Source: a virus
Strand: one strand, 5' to 3'
DNA length: 64,000 nucleotides
Virus record (IMG/VR): IMGVR_UViG_3300042914_002334
Span: 77,003-141,002 of that record
Part shown: positions 49,701 through 57,995 of the stretch, piece by piece
Layout of the letters: each line of letters starts with the position of its first letter
Position numbering within the stretch: position 1 is the first letter of the stretch
Program-made: the position numbers and the translations under genes
The notes under the pieces: model-generated
What the model saw: the letters and a program-made list of their open reading frames with translations, nothing else
Database searches by the model: none
Told to the model about the DNA's origin: nothing

Positions 49701-52005
49701 AAATTATGTTGAGTATGCTAATAAAATTCTTGCTCAGTATCCAATTACTGAGACAAGAACCAACTTAAGTTTGCTGAAAGATAATGGAATCGGATACGAT
49801 GTTAGAAATTATTGGACCTATATCAATTGGTGGGCGGCTGGGTATAGCAACGAAATCAAAGCAGCAGTAGAAGTAAATACTTTTGTTGATTTGCTGAGTA
49901 TAGGCGACAAGCAACTAATAACTGGATCCAATGGATTAGTGCTAACTCTTAGTGATGGTCTAATAGTAAAAGTAAAGTTGAACAGTTCCGGACTTAGCGA
50001 GTATTACATATATGATAATCTTTCTTGGACCAGAATAGGTTTAGAGCGTGGAACCATTCAGATATCGGACGATATATATATCAAAAACTGCCCGAAAGAA
50101 ACAAGAAATGTAATTCGTTGGATAGTAGAACAACTTTACACTCAAGAATTGCGAACATATCGCAACTCAAGTTTAATGTTGATGTTCAACTACATTATTA
50201 GCGAAACCAATAACAAGAACAACTACAATCAGTGGTTAGTAAAAACAAGTTTGGTTGATGTTAAACACAAAATTAGAAGTCTGCTGCAATATAGCAAGTA
50301 TCAAAGAGAAAATAAAGAATTCTTGTTTGGATACTTCAATGAAGTTAAGCCTTATCATGTATATGTTAAAGACTTTATATACAGTTATGATGGCTCTGAG
50401 GTTCTTCCTTTGCATGTCACGGACTTTGATTTGCCAGCAAAATACAATTTTGACAAACTAAAGTTTATTAGTCCTAAGTTAAAAACTACAAAATTAGAAA
50501 TGGCGTCGGATGAATCAAGATATGAATCATCAAGTGATGTTTGGAAATCTCCAGAATATAGTAGTTGGTATCAAAATTTTGGCTTAAGTCTAAGTAGCGG
50601 AGTAAAATCTCCCGTTGCAATTGCTATCACACAAGACTACATAGAAAAAGTAGATCAAGTAATTTCTATATCTAATTTTAGTGGACTTCACGATGGCGAT
50701 GTAGTGATAATCGATGACGAACAAATATATGTTGGCAAAGTCGATAGATATAATGGAGTTTTAACTGATTTAATTCGCGGATACAATAGCACTGTGATTG
50801 CTCGTCATGAGATTAAATCAATCGTCTATATCCCATCTTCAAATATAATTATGATAAATCGTGGTAGAGGATATAGCACTGACACTATTGCAACAATAGA
50901 TTTTGATACTACTAAGTATCTGTCTCCAAGACAAGAGATTATATTGACTCCACAAATTGCCAATGGAGAAATGAATAGTATTGCAATAAATAATCCAGGT
51001 AGTGGATATGTCGCTGCTCCAAATATAACATTGAGTAGTAGCACTATCTCTGTAGAATTCTCTGGCGAGAACATAAGACTGAACAATGTCATCAATAAAC
51101 CAAATCACAAACTAAAAACTGGTGACTCAGTCGTTTATACAATCGATGATGAACTTACTGATTATGGTCTAAAAAATAATGAATATTATTATGTTTTCAA
51201 AATAGACGATAATAATTTTGCATTATACCGTTCTAACTCGCATATTCAACGATCAGAGTTTTATCAAAGAAATAGTGCAGACAAACGCAGAGTTAAATTG
51301 AATATAATCGAATCTACTGTTATAGCAGTGCTGACTATAGCCGCTCGGGTTCAATACATTTATCAAAGTTACCCGATCAGAACTATTAAAACTAAAATTA
51401 AATTTGATAGAACTGGATACACGACCAATCACGGTTGGGATGCTGATAATTGGGACACCGTTGTTTGGGACTTTGAAGATAAAAATAATGCATTGATTCG
51501 TATATTTGATTACTATAACCCAAGTTCAAACATGACTGGAATTATTCCAGAAGCATTGATGACTGGACTCACCAATCCGTCTGTTGTCAAAGGTCCGGAA
51601 TTAAAACTTACCTCTGATGAAGCATTAGATAAGGCAGACAGTCTTATCACTAACGAAGGATTCACTAATAGTGCCACCGATTTTATCATAAACGGCGGTA
51701 AATTCTCAGATGGATATTCTCCAGAAGAATTGGTCGCTGGATATTTAACAGACAGAATAACCATCACGGTAAAAGACGAATCAAATTGGAAATTCACTAT
51801 CGAAATAAATGACAGTGGAAAAATGACGGTTCTGTCCAATAGCGGAGTTAAACTTAAGAAGCAATACTTGAATTACTGGTGGTATAACAATGTCAATTAC
51901 ACTATCGGTCAAAAACCTCCAGAAGATATGCAAATATTAGATTTAAGTCTGAATGAAATAGCAGATGCACATCCAACCAGTATTGCAAACTTCTTGCGAT
52001 CATGA
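40705..52005 (+). CDS. giant 3766-aa baseplate wedge / fibre-platform protein (gp7-like position)
   Basis: follows gp6; EVKPYHV motif, FG-GAP-like propeller segments, CBM-like WEPGVKYPKGQIV, WD-x-x-WD motifs, NPGSGY..AP repeats. Confidence 0.7.
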   Translation: MNTKIRTVDFLPEIFRTDSNSQFLSATLDVLVNQSDLARVQGYIGTDYGYGIKSSDKYVVEPTKSRTDYQLDPSVIFLKKDTQSAIDFINYPSMLRALDNKGAKVDNANRLFSNEFYSWDPFIDYDKIVNYSQYYWLPFGPDSIPIVNRTLIAGTYNLRSIDSAFQFTIRPDENPSLGLVRGNTYTFVLESDDPEEKFYIQGVPGLSAFQGTTDTRLLYIDEISYETLPNGKKSVTFTVPSSDIQNDYIVSGNLTVDLVSTLTVADIDGRNVSEIYSIDEITDINEKTLLFYNGDNEDSFYTINVNNGVISLTKDLTSIPLNTKITINSGVEFAGQQFFRNSDEQITQVPYLYSIQDVLYYQSSKNSKRFGSLHIYDSNVTTEINIDDILDKKTYVSPNGIKFTNGLKVKFDDSVIPNSYANKEYYVEGVGDAIKLLPTLKFRVTELSSEIIYNLWDDIPWDMNNWDSDLYESIKPDYITINRHSRDYNAWTRSNRWFHQSVIDTTINALGYLSARKNNVMTRALRPIIEFRGNLQLLNGGKYSLGFITYIDTTITSVEQFVIDNTKMIDGFQLLAGDRVVFANATNRDNRKNVYVVSYNSDSDDRQIFLNPDASYQVTEETEIHVKYGNNAKRGTTWRWIESTEQWVQLQRKITVNQPPLFDIVNDNDISFANTNHYPNTNFAGTKLFSYTPGVGAADQVLGFPLAYSSLNNIADINFTVNYNGDVFSFTNQDQAITLNINSGYVKHNLLDGTFELLTGWVSAAGDSYQKQVFKFEMNAGDSMMKINLSPIQNTVWEPFQIYIEDRLLDSFEYTYTVTNNVTTVVLVEPLRTSGVVTVAIYSNSTDPNSYYIIPTNLSSNPFNDNIVNIDLGDIRNQYKTIYSNTPGISGVPYGINNIHDLGKINQYGTSIVQNSASLVLPGIFLRKPDINFFDALQFNSDEYYNYKTLLVEIANKNDYSIEQTPQQILDNIIYEITTIKNKSNTFFWTDMLYSGSPYVTNTYKFNTAPEDNVLQLSKMYDFTSANYSGLGVYLTRTASGSKTTRQLIRDIDYVISDTDPAIRILVNILAGDSITIYEYNQTYGSYCPSTPTKLGLYPAYVPTIYHDEIAGPNVYYIVGHDGSYNKLYGTYENNKLNDFRDIALLEFETRIYNNLKINSDSPLTADDVFPGQFRKTEYAYEEINDMHATNFLNWVGSSRVDFKKQYYRVNNRFSYNYNQSSNKLSGGSIKQGNWRGIYRWLYDTDRPHTHPWELLGLTIKPQWWDSRYGPAPYTSDNSYMWKEIADGYVWNNGQPYVDSKKVRSKLLSILPVDSSGKLVSPFVTIVGNYNQLTFNNNWNVGDCGPAESAYLHSSSWPFDLMKILALTKPAKFFNLMVDRDRYVYDDNFKQYLYDKKYHLDCRKLELYGNGQAKHSYINWVIDYVNVKGLIGHDVVTDYIRNIDVRLTYNLGGFSSKEYLKFYIERATPNSKNTSFLIPDESYTVLLYDNIPEETIQYSSVIFQKVKDGWTVWGNNQSKNYFTTLIPREMGQYSNIEFDNRVIRVSKSWYDKTQIVTYGTVFYSIQAVADFINNYGQYLTKQGVVFDTQYNNVELNWELMIREFMAWAYQDWEVGSTIALNPNSRKFTINREGVIVQPMTVNNNNYILNQNLIPIQNENSTIYRNEKEFTVRVTNAGDTIGFTSLQLNSVEHAVVFDNVSIFNDVIYNLKTELRQPRLLLKGYKTNNWSGYLDARGFILNENNVKQWEPGVKYPKGQIVLNKNLYWSATKLIEPQQTFNSIEWKQIDYERVKTGLLRNPSTDAYESTLYYDSNRSNLKLDENLLAFSLIGYRPRDYLSSADLSDITQINVFKNIVTEKGTLQVANAFKNVKFDQGSIDYTIRENWAINTGTFGNILSSNFVEFKLDQNALNGNPTLIGFSDNVAIDDAHQTVKITDIINYERPPVSSNFLPQLDTSDPTLEYLPSAGYVDMRDADYAVYEFDNLNEDRTIIDNVKVGDTIWIAKYKHTWQIYTVVGLQSQCVEVTNNKNGTIIASFNEPHGLTVNQHFTIGDFNNSVDGFYTVKEIKSNNSVIAYGSLDSSIVKLSGLGISTKLVSLRHSQPSDVINTNIQYSEFRTKNAWVDNDKDNHWAVYSSSPVFVEKSLTGYVAPNTIVSTVEYNDQLGVIYAAPAENKVFYYKNDVVKNITISSELDIQFGKILAVASDKLFVGSLNKIYYYKLNTSTNELEAIQILNTQAIDLAASVDGIWLYVAKSSRMIDVYHLNRNTNSYVKVDSVQCPNDITSVVTSVDGSKVLCASSTATISNIDNVGQVFVFNRIRERYVADGVSREFNTHYFVPSNTADVYDNGVLISSNNVIVNESTITLRNIPNAGKNITVEYGKLVLSQTINSPTIGIGARFGQTIDVNRYGATFIVGSPYEIIRKNTNNNSSITEGAVYVYTNSGQRYAHIKLINPVVGENGVIFINGYKVLFPESGTNNLNVISQLINNSTPTNVVATVVDNTIEIGLRESTDSVPYNNIDLVGDLTVLTSLNYAPYSNTQKITSPNSDQSSRFGFSISMNERDSIVIGAPTASMIDYTTFDVTKNCQNDNTTFDNDITTFIDITLRTGMAYAYEYLPAHNESIENPGQYAFGQYIKPTIGHSGYSTKSNFAIVVKHGNNTIVSGSQNWINSRGSVFLFNSSTESADPCHVIKSTTWYVNKKPINSVDINKINNISIYSTSESNFVEYLDYIDPLRGKLFGALSTNIDIVSEQDPAGYDSVSLAWSSDRVGTIWLNPTNLRLMNYQQPDAQYNSRYWGVAFSGSSADIYTWIESDVIPLNYSGTGFPMTYDKYATASVMNDATNSLTTKYYFWVKNYSEVPKNKTLSPIALEQYLLNPQSSGISYLAPISTNMIALYNSEEYIRNYDSIMHLGYGNSTYDDNKHYSWKLISTESDDNLTGIPDANNLKPSGLYLKYIDSFAGIDSNNLSVPDTRLPEILRYGVGYNPRQSMFIDRRQALKNYVEYANKILAQYPITETRTNLSLLKDNGIGYDVRNYWTYINWWAAGYSNEIKAAVEVNTFVDLLSIGDKQLITGSNGLVLTLSDGLIVKVKLNSSGLSEYYIYDNLSWTRIGLERGTIQISDDIYIKNCPKETRNVIRWIVEQLYTQELRTYRNSSLMLMFNYIISETNNKNNYNQWLVKTSLVDVKHKIRSLLQYSKYQRENKEFLFGYFNEVKPYHVYVKDFIYSYDGSEVLPLHVTDFDLPAKYNFDKLKFISPKLKTTKLEMASDESRYESSSDVWKSPEYSSWYQNFGLSLSSGVKSPVAIAITQDYIEKVDQVISISNFSGLHDGDVVIIDDEQIYVGKVDRYNGVLTDLIRGYNSTVIARHEIKSIVYIPSSNIIMINRGRGYSTDTIATIDFDTTKYLSPRQEIILTPQIANGEMNSIAINNPGSGYVAAPNITLSSSTISVEFSGENIRLNNVINKPNHKLKTGDSVVYTIDDELTDYGLKNNEYYYVFKIDDNNFALYRSNSHIQRSEFYQRNSADKRRVKLNIIESTVIAVLTIAARVQYIYQSYPIRTIKTKIKFDRTGYTTNHGWDADNWDTVVWDFEDKNNALIRIFDYYNPSSNMTGIIPEALMTGLTNPSVVKGPELKLTSDEALDKADSLITNEGFTNSATDFIINGGKFSDGYSPEELVAGYLTDRITITVKDESNWKFTIEINDSGKMTVLSNSGVKLKKQYLNYWWYNNVNYTIGQKPPEDMQILDLSLNEIADAHPTSIANFLRS

Positions 52006-52030
52006 TGTTTATCTGAGATAAATAATTAGT

Positions 52031-52177
52031 ATGAAACAAGACGATAGTAAGGAAAACAGCGACTCGGAAAACAACGAGTCGTCTCCAAATGAAACAGGAC
52101 AACTTGAGTTGTCGGGATTTATCAAGATAACTGACCCAAATACTGGTGAAGTATTGTTAAATCAACGAATCGAATAA
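52031..52177 (+). CDS. small 48-aa protein (not in ORF track) resembling the N-terminus of the next gene
   Basis: MKQDD...GFIKITDPNTGEVLLNQRIE; late promoter GATAAATA 6 nt upstream. Confidence 0.7.
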   Translation: MKQDDSKENSDSENNESSPNETGQLELSGFIKITDPNTGEVLLNQRIE

Positions 52178-52188
52178 TAGGATATAAC

Positions 52189-52827
52189 ATGAGTAGCACA
52201 TGTCAATTAGAAGTAATGGGCTTTTTGAAGGTATATGACCCAAATACCAAAGAGATATTCTTAGACAAGAAGAATGCAATTCATTATGAGAACATGTCAT
52301 ATGCGTTAGCAAATACGATTTGTAATCGTGGTATAGGAACCATATATCAAATGGCATTCGGAAATGGTGGATCAAATGTATCATCCACTGGAGTGATTAC
52401 TTACTTGCCACCCAACGCAGTAGGACAAAACTCAAGTTTATACAATCAAACATATAAAAAAATCGTAGACGATACTCTACTATCTAACACTGCGCCAGTA
52501 AATAATAAAATGCTGATCAGTCATGACACTGGAAAATATTACACTGATGTAATAATTCAGTGTTTGTTAGATTACGAGGACCCAATTACTGATTCAGAAG
52601 CGACTGGTGGTCAAGAGGCATTTGACAACGGAACAACCATAAACAGCGAGTATGTGTTTGATGAAATTGGAATATTAGCGAACGACGGAATCGATGAACA
52701 GGGAAATATTGTCACAAGATTGCTGACACATGTAATATTTCATCCAATACAGAAATCATTGAACAGACAACTTCAGATAGACTATGTTATCAGAATTCAA
52801 GCACTGACAAACATGCTAACAATATAA
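52189..52827 (+). CDS. virion structural protein (baseplate-associated)
   Basis: KNAIHYENMS, MAFGNGG, FDEIG, LLTHVIFHPIQKSLNR motifs. Confidence 0.7.
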   Translation: MSSTCQLEVMGFLKVYDPNTKEIFLDKKNAIHYENMSYALANTICNRGIGTIYQMAFGNGGSNVSSTGVITYLPPNAVGQNSSLYNQTYKKIVDDTLLSNTAPVNNKMLISHDTGKYYTDVIIQCLLDYEDPITDSEATGGQEAFDNGTTINSEYVFDEIGILANDGIDEQGNIVTRLLTHVIFHPIQKSLNRQLQIDYVIRIQALTNMLTI

Positions 52828-52856
52828 GACAATAAATACTATAAACGGAGAGACAC

Positions 52857-53678
52857 ATGGCATATACGATTCAATATTTTGGTGGTAACATTATCATTCA
52901 AGATGGAAACATAGATTCAACAACGAGTATAGTATTACCTGGAAGAAACTATGCAGGGTATGGAAGATATGTAAATCAAGACTTGGTAGATATGCTGCAA
53001 AACTTTGCAAGAAGCACCAGTGGACCAGGAAAACCAATAATCGGTCAATTGTGGTATAAAGCAATAGAAGAAGTAGCAACTACTGGACCAGCACCAGTCT
53101 CTATACTCAAAAATAAGTTCTTACATGTATATACGGCCGATCCTTATACATCTGATTCCAGACCAGTTTGGAAAGCACTTGCGTTTGAGGGCGGACTGAT
53201 AAACAAACTTGATGCAGGTGGCGCCGCCGCCCCCGGAACTATAACTGGTAACTGGACGCTTACCGCAGGTTCAAGATTGCAAGCAACATATGCTGACTTG
53301 GCTGAAAGATTCGAAGCAGATTGCGAGTATGATCCAGGAACCGTAGTAGAACTTGGTGGAAAAAAAGAAATCACCGCTGTTAAAGACGAATGCAGCGAAG
53401 AAGTGTTTGGTGTAGTAAGCACTACAGCGGCTTACTTGATGAATTCCGCCGCGGGAGACGATACTACGCATCCAGCGATTGCTATTGCTGGTAGAGTTCC
53501 AGTAAAAGTCAGCGGCAAAATTAAAAAGGGCGACCGATTAGTGTCTGCTGGCAAAGGTAGAGCAAGATCAGCGAAAAAAGGAGAAGCCACTCCTTTTAAC
53601 ACTATAGGTAGATCGTTAGAAGACAAAACAACGGATTCTGATGGATTTGTATTGGCAACTGTAACTGCAAAAATGTAA
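52857..53678 (+). CDS. short tail-fibre-like protein with C-terminal intramolecular chaperone (Peptidase G2-like autocleavage) domain
   Basis: GRNYAGYG..MLQNFA N-terminus; YADLAERF..PGTVV..GVVST..AGRVPVKV.G.IKKGDRLVS. Confidence 0.75.
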   Translation: MAYTIQYFGGNIIIQDGNIDSTTSIVLPGRNYAGYGRYVNQDLVDMLQNFARSTSGPGKPIIGQLWYKAIEEVATTGPAPVSILKNKFLHVYTADPYTSDSRPVWKALAFEGGLINKLDAGGAAAPGTITGNWTLTAGSRLQATYADLAERFEADCEYDPGTVVELGGKKEITAVKDECSEEVFGVVSTTAAYLMNSAAGDDTTHPAIAIAGRVPVKVSGKIKKGDRLVSAGKGRARSAKKGEATPFNTIGRSLEDKTTDSDGFVLATVTAKM

Positions 53679-53680
53679 TT

Positions 53681-56600
53681 ATGGCCTACTCAGTCAATCA
53701 AAAAGTTGAAGCCGTCGATTATAATACACTTTTTGTTAAACATGTAAATCGAGCATGGAGTAGTGGGGATACAAACGATCAATCTTATACATACAGATCG
53801 GATCAGGGATATGGTCAACCAAAACTAACCAATGTGCAGGCTGGAATAGATTTAATACGCGCACGTTCAGCATTTCCGGTAGTAGGAAATCCAAATGAAG
53901 ACATTGATCCTACATGGAATACTGACCCAACTCCTCCAGAGTGGAGAACTCTTGTAAATGTAATAAATCAGATGAGTTTGCATCAAACTGGAATCTCAGC
54001 AATAAGTCCGGGAAGTTTTATAGCGGCTAACAGTTTACCTATATCAACTACTTCTCCTACTGGATTAGTTGCTTGGTCTAATCAATTACAAACTGCTATA
54101 GATACCATTCTTAGTAATCAACGATTAAATTCACATGTTCGTGGAGTTCCTTCTCCCTCAACGGAGATAATAAACACAGTCGGAACTTGGTCAGATCGTG
54201 CAGTATTTACTATAAATGTGAATTTTGATAGTTTAGAGCGCGCAAGATACTTTTTCAATGCTGGAGGTCAAATACGATTTGAGTTCAGTCACTCAGCGTC
54301 AAATAATATCAATACTCTGTTGTCAACGGTTGCGACAGAGGCCGGACAAGTATATTTTAGTAGCACGAATGAATTTCCTATATCAATAGCGGGTGAAACT
54401 TATAACGCCGTTACCAAAACCGGCGGAGGAACACAAAATAGTAGCACTACTATAAATAATGGAGTTCCAGGATATCATCAACTTACCGGGTCGTTGGTGG
54501 AATTATTTAAGCAAACTGGGAGTTTGCAGACTGTTCCAAATGATTCGACTTTCATAACATTGTCAGCCTCGCGTAACGGTGCGGGTATGTTGACATTTGT
54601 AGTAGTTTTTGCTGAAAGTCCCACTGACTATATTATGAACAGTGGGTCTAAAGTTTCTGTCACAATAATGAATCCCAGTACTAATAGAATTGTAAATACC
54701 TGGGGAATTCCAGAAATTACATCTACGGTCGAGTTATTTCAAGCATCATTATGTATTACTCCAACGGTCGGACAAGCAACATCGACCAATATTCAAGCAG
54801 CAGTTCCTTTTAATTCAAGTATCACAGTCGTTAATGCGACATCATTGACTCTTATTGGTTCTTTTCCCAGTGGAATATCAGCGACTTTTCAAAAAGTCGG
54901 TAACGACATCGTAGTAAATATATCTGGAACTACTTTCGCGAGTTTGTTATTCTATGATATTAAAATAAATGCGACTAATGACACGGTAGGATGTTTGCCA
55001 TCAAATGTTATCAATCAACCAACTGGACTAACTGGAAATGTTATCGCTTCTCCAGTATGCACATCTCCGGTAATTGGTCAAGTTACTCCTACGGTAATTA
55101 AACCTGGAGTTCCATACAACGGAACTATATCAGTCACTAATGCAACATCAGCGTCGATTTCTAATTTACCACCGGGTCTATCACATATAGGAACTACATC
55201 TAATGGCACTGGTTTAACTTTAAATATTGCAGGAACTCCAACAGTTGCAGCAAGTAATAATTCTTACACTATAACAGTTAGCGCAACAAATAATTGCGGG
55301 GGAGGATATACAACAAGTTCCACCACATCTACTGCTGGAACATTCACATCACAAGCGGCTGATAATTGTCCTACTCCAGTAGTCGGACAGTTGATAGAAG
55401 CAACGCCTCCAGCACCGCCACCACCGCCCCCACCACCTCCTGCTGCAACATATTCACTGACAGCAGATAAAACATCGGTGAATGAGGGTGAATCAGTTCT
55501 TATTTCTCTCGCTGCAACAAATGTAAGCAATAGTGATTTAATTGGCTATACAATTAGCGGCGTTTCTTCTTCTGATATTTCAGATCAGCCGTTGGGTGGG
55601 TCATTTTTGCCTGGTTTACTAATGTCCAGACTGATTACCGTTAGTCAAGATAATTTGTCAGAAGGAGTCGAAGTCATGACTTTTGCGTTAAGTAACGGGC
55701 AAGCGTCAGTTCAAGTATCAATAAATGATACATCAACAGTTGGATGTGACTTGATAATCAACGAGTCATCAAGTCCATCTCCTACGGCAGATGTTATGTT
55801 TACTCTTCAGCACAGTGGAGAGTTTGGATTAGTATATTGGAAGGTAGTTTCTTTATCTGGAACTGTAAATGCGTCAGATTTTTCAGCAAGCACCTTTCCA
55901 ATGTCTGGTTCGGCTTCAATAGGAAATTTCGCGCCTGGCGAAGGAGGCGGAGGAGGCACTGGTCATGGAATTATACTTATAGCAGTAAACGAACTGTCAT
56001 CCGAGGGCGTCGAAAAGTTTACCATAAACATGTATTCTGATCCATATTATAACAATTTGATATGTTCTGGCCCGACTATATGTATAGTTGATGGTTCTAC
56101 CTCGGTACCTTCAAATCAACCTCCAAAAACAACTAATCAAGGCGCATATTCTATTGTCGCTGATGTAAATCAGCCAATAGAAAACTGGACTCCAGTTGCT
56201 CCGGGACCAGCCCCAAATCCTGCCCCGCAACCCTCTGTCGGCGAAAATTATAGTATAACAGCAGATAAAACTACGATTAACGAAACAGTAAATAGACAAG
56301 TTGCATTTACACTTAGTGTATCAAGCACTGGTCAGCATGTCGTTTATTGGAGAATAGAGACAATTTCTGGAAATATTTCATCAGCAGATTTTACGTCAGC
56401 GTTTTCTGGAAGTGCATATATAGGAGATACGGGACCTGGAGAGGGCGGAAACGCCAACATGGCAGAGAGTATATTAGTAATCACCGCACAAGATATGATT
56501 CTGGAAGGAGTTGAATCATTTACTATAAAAATGTATTCTAACTCTAATTATACCGGATTGCTTGCAACAGGGCCCACTGTTACTATTGGAGACACTTCTA

Positions 56601-56695
56601 CGGCCCCCGCTCCCGCTCCAGCACCTGCTCCAGCACCTGCTCCTCCGAATGGTGGAGGCGACGAATCTAATAATTTTGAGTTTAACTGGCTATAA
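53681..56695 (+). CDS. fibre protein: N-terminal virion-attachment domain, two Ig-like repeats, poly-Pro, three Calx-beta-like repeats
   Basis: ARYFFNAGGQIRF domain; C.TP.VGQ..NATS..PxG..ATN repeats; TADKTSVNEG..D...EGVE repeats. Confidence 0.7.
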   Translation: MAYSVNQKVEAVDYNTLFVKHVNRAWSSGDTNDQSYTYRSDQGYGQPKLTNVQAGIDLIRARSAFPVVGNPNEDIDPTWNTDPTPPEWRTLVNVINQMSLHQTGISAISPGSFIAANSLPISTTSPTGLVAWSNQLQTAIDTILSNQRLNSHVRGVPSPSTEIINTVGTWSDRAVFTINVNFDSLERARYFFNAGGQIRFEFSHSASNNINTLLSTVATEAGQVYFSSTNEFPISIAGETYNAVTKTGGGTQNSSTTINNGVPGYHQLTGSLVELFKQTGSLQTVPNDSTFITLSASRNGAGMLTFVVVFAESPTDYIMNSGSKVSVTIMNPSTNRIVNTWGIPEITSTVELFQASLCITPTVGQATSTNIQAAVPFNSSITVVNATSLTLIGSFPSGISATFQKVGNDIVVNISGTTFASLLFYDIKINATNDTVGCLPSNVINQPTGLTGNVIASPVCTSPVIGQVTPTVIKPGVPYNGTISVTNATSASISNLPPGLSHIGTTSNGTGLTLNIAGTPTVAASNNSYTITVSATNNCGGGYTTSSTTSTAGTFTSQAADNCPTPVVGQLIEATPPAPPPPPPPPPAATYSLTADKTSVNEGESVLISLAATNVSNSDLIGYTISGVSSSDISDQPLGGSFLPGLLMSRLITVSQDNLSEGVEVMTFALSNGQASVQVSINDTSTVGCDLIINESSSPSPTADVMFTLQHSGEFGLVYWKVVSLSGTVNASDFSASTFPMSGSASIGNFAPGEGGGGGTGHGIILIAVNELSSEGVEKFTINMYSDPYYNNLICSGPTICIVDGSTSVPSNQPPKTTNQGAYSIVADVNQPIENWTPVAPGPAPNPAPQPSVGENYSITADKTTINETVNRQVAFTLSVSSTGQHVVYWRIETISGNISSADFTSAFSGSAYIGDTGPGEGGNANMAESILVITAQDMILEGVESFTIKMYSNSNYTGLLATGPTVTIGDTSTAPAPAPAPAPAPAPPNGGGDESNNFEFNWL

Positions 56696-56718
56696 CACCC
56701 GTGTAAGGAACACAACAA

Positions 56719-57927
56719 ATGTCATTTACCGCTAATCAGTCATATTCTGCTTACATACCATTATCTAATGCAACAAGCGCGACGATTGGCGGTAGTGTTC
56801 CATCGGGTATATCGGCAACAGTAGACATTCCAGGACAAAAAGTTGTAATTAGTGGAATCCCAACTGTTCCAGGGCAGGTGTTTAACTTTACGATTACTGC
56901 AACAAACGATTGTAATCCAAATTACTCTACATCTACTACAGCAGTTGGAACTTATGCTGGTTTTGTTATAACGCCCCCATCGCCACCCCCTCCGCCATTG
57001 CCGCCGGGATGTATTATATTTAACAGTTTATATCCGCCTGCTGGACAACCAGAAGTATATAAAATGTCCAATGGAAATTGGACAGCATTTTTGAATACTT
57101 ATGGAGTGTGGGAAAGCAATACATATGTTGCTTCTTTTGACAGAATCTATACCTTTTATGTTCCTATATCTGAGACTTATAAAATAATATGTAGTTGCGA
57201 TAATATCGGATATGTCTATATTGACGGTGGATTAGTTCTTACTGCACCCGGTTTTGGGGCCGATTACTCAGTGAACATAGCACTGAGCGTTGGAAATCAT
57301 ACAATTAGAACATATGGAGTAAATAGCGGTGGCCCAGGAAGTATGGCAACAGTAGTCACCAGACAATCAAATACAGGATGTTCTGCATATCCATCATTTT
57401 CTTCTCCGCCCGACGATAGTGGACCTACTGTTCCCGATGCTGGCGGCACGGACTTCTTTTCTGGAGGAGGTTATGAAGCACCTGAAGGTGGAGGTGGAGG
57501 TGGAGGAGGAAAAGTAATTTGCACAGAATTATATCATATGGGTATGATGTCCAGTGATATATTTAAGTTAGATCAGGAATACGGCCAGTGGTTGGTTCAG
57601 AACGATCCTAAGACTTATTGGGGATATAGAGCATGGGCAGATATTTTAATAGACCTCATGCGCGGTGATCGTGGGCCCTACATTCCAAAATTATTTTTCT
57701 GGATGTCAGATAAACGACAGCGAGAAATCAGTCGTTCGTGGGCTCTGACCGTGGCTAATTTCTTGGGACAACCTTTTGCAGAAGAATTGGCCTATAGAGT
57801 AAATTCTAAGAAAGGTAGACGCACGTGGTTAGGATATGCGTTAGTTCAGTATGGTCAACCTATATGTTCTTTAATAGGAACATTTTCCAATAAATATAGA
57901 AAAAAGAAAAAACAAAATGTTATTTAA
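56719..57927 (+). CDS. fibre tip paralogue A: N-truncated Ig domain, poly-Pro, PA14-like lectin domain, poly-Gly, KVICT-type C-terminal domain
   Basis: CSCDN.GYVYIDG..GNHTIR beta-sandwich; GGGGGGGGKVICTELY; AAGGA SD. Confidence 0.7.
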   Translation: MSFTANQSYSAYIPLSNATSATIGGSVPSGISATVDIPGQKVVISGIPTVPGQVFNFTITATNDCNPNYSTSTTAVGTYAGFVITPPSPPPPPLPPGCIIFNSLYPPAGQPEVYKMSNGNWTAFLNTYGVWESNTYVASFDRIYTFYVPISETYKIICSCDNIGYVYIDGGLVLTAPGFGADYSVNIALSVGNHTIRTYGVNSGGPGSMATVVTRQSNTGCSAYPSFSSPPDDSGPTVPDAGGTDFFSGGGYEAPEGGGGGGGGKVICTELYHMGMMSSDIFKLDQEYGQWLVQNDPKTYWGYRAWADILIDLMRGDRGPYIPKLFFWMSDKRQREISRSWALTVANFLGQPFAEELAYRVNSKKGRRTWLGYALVQYGQPICSLIGTFSNKYRKKKKQNVI

Positions 57928-57952
57928 TAAAGTTGAATTATATTTCTTATAA
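57917..57952 (+). pseudogene. truncated copy of the 59507 small gene (MLFNKVELYFL*)
   Basis: matches MLFNTTEADFL at the equivalent position after the paralogous fibre gene; stop lies at the palindrome centre. Confidence 0.5.
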
Positions 57953-57964
57953 GAAATATAATTC
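57935..57964. repeat. perfect 30-bp palindrome
   Basis: GAATTATATTTCTTA|TAAGAAATATAATTC with no spacer. Confidence 0.95.
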
Positions 57965-57995
57965 TCTGTGACTTAATGAAAAAGTTTGAAATAAA

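Noticed and set aside
57935-57964. Protelomerase target site
   Set aside because: No protelomerase in the window, a T4-like terminase is present, and the palindrome is explained by a local gene truncation
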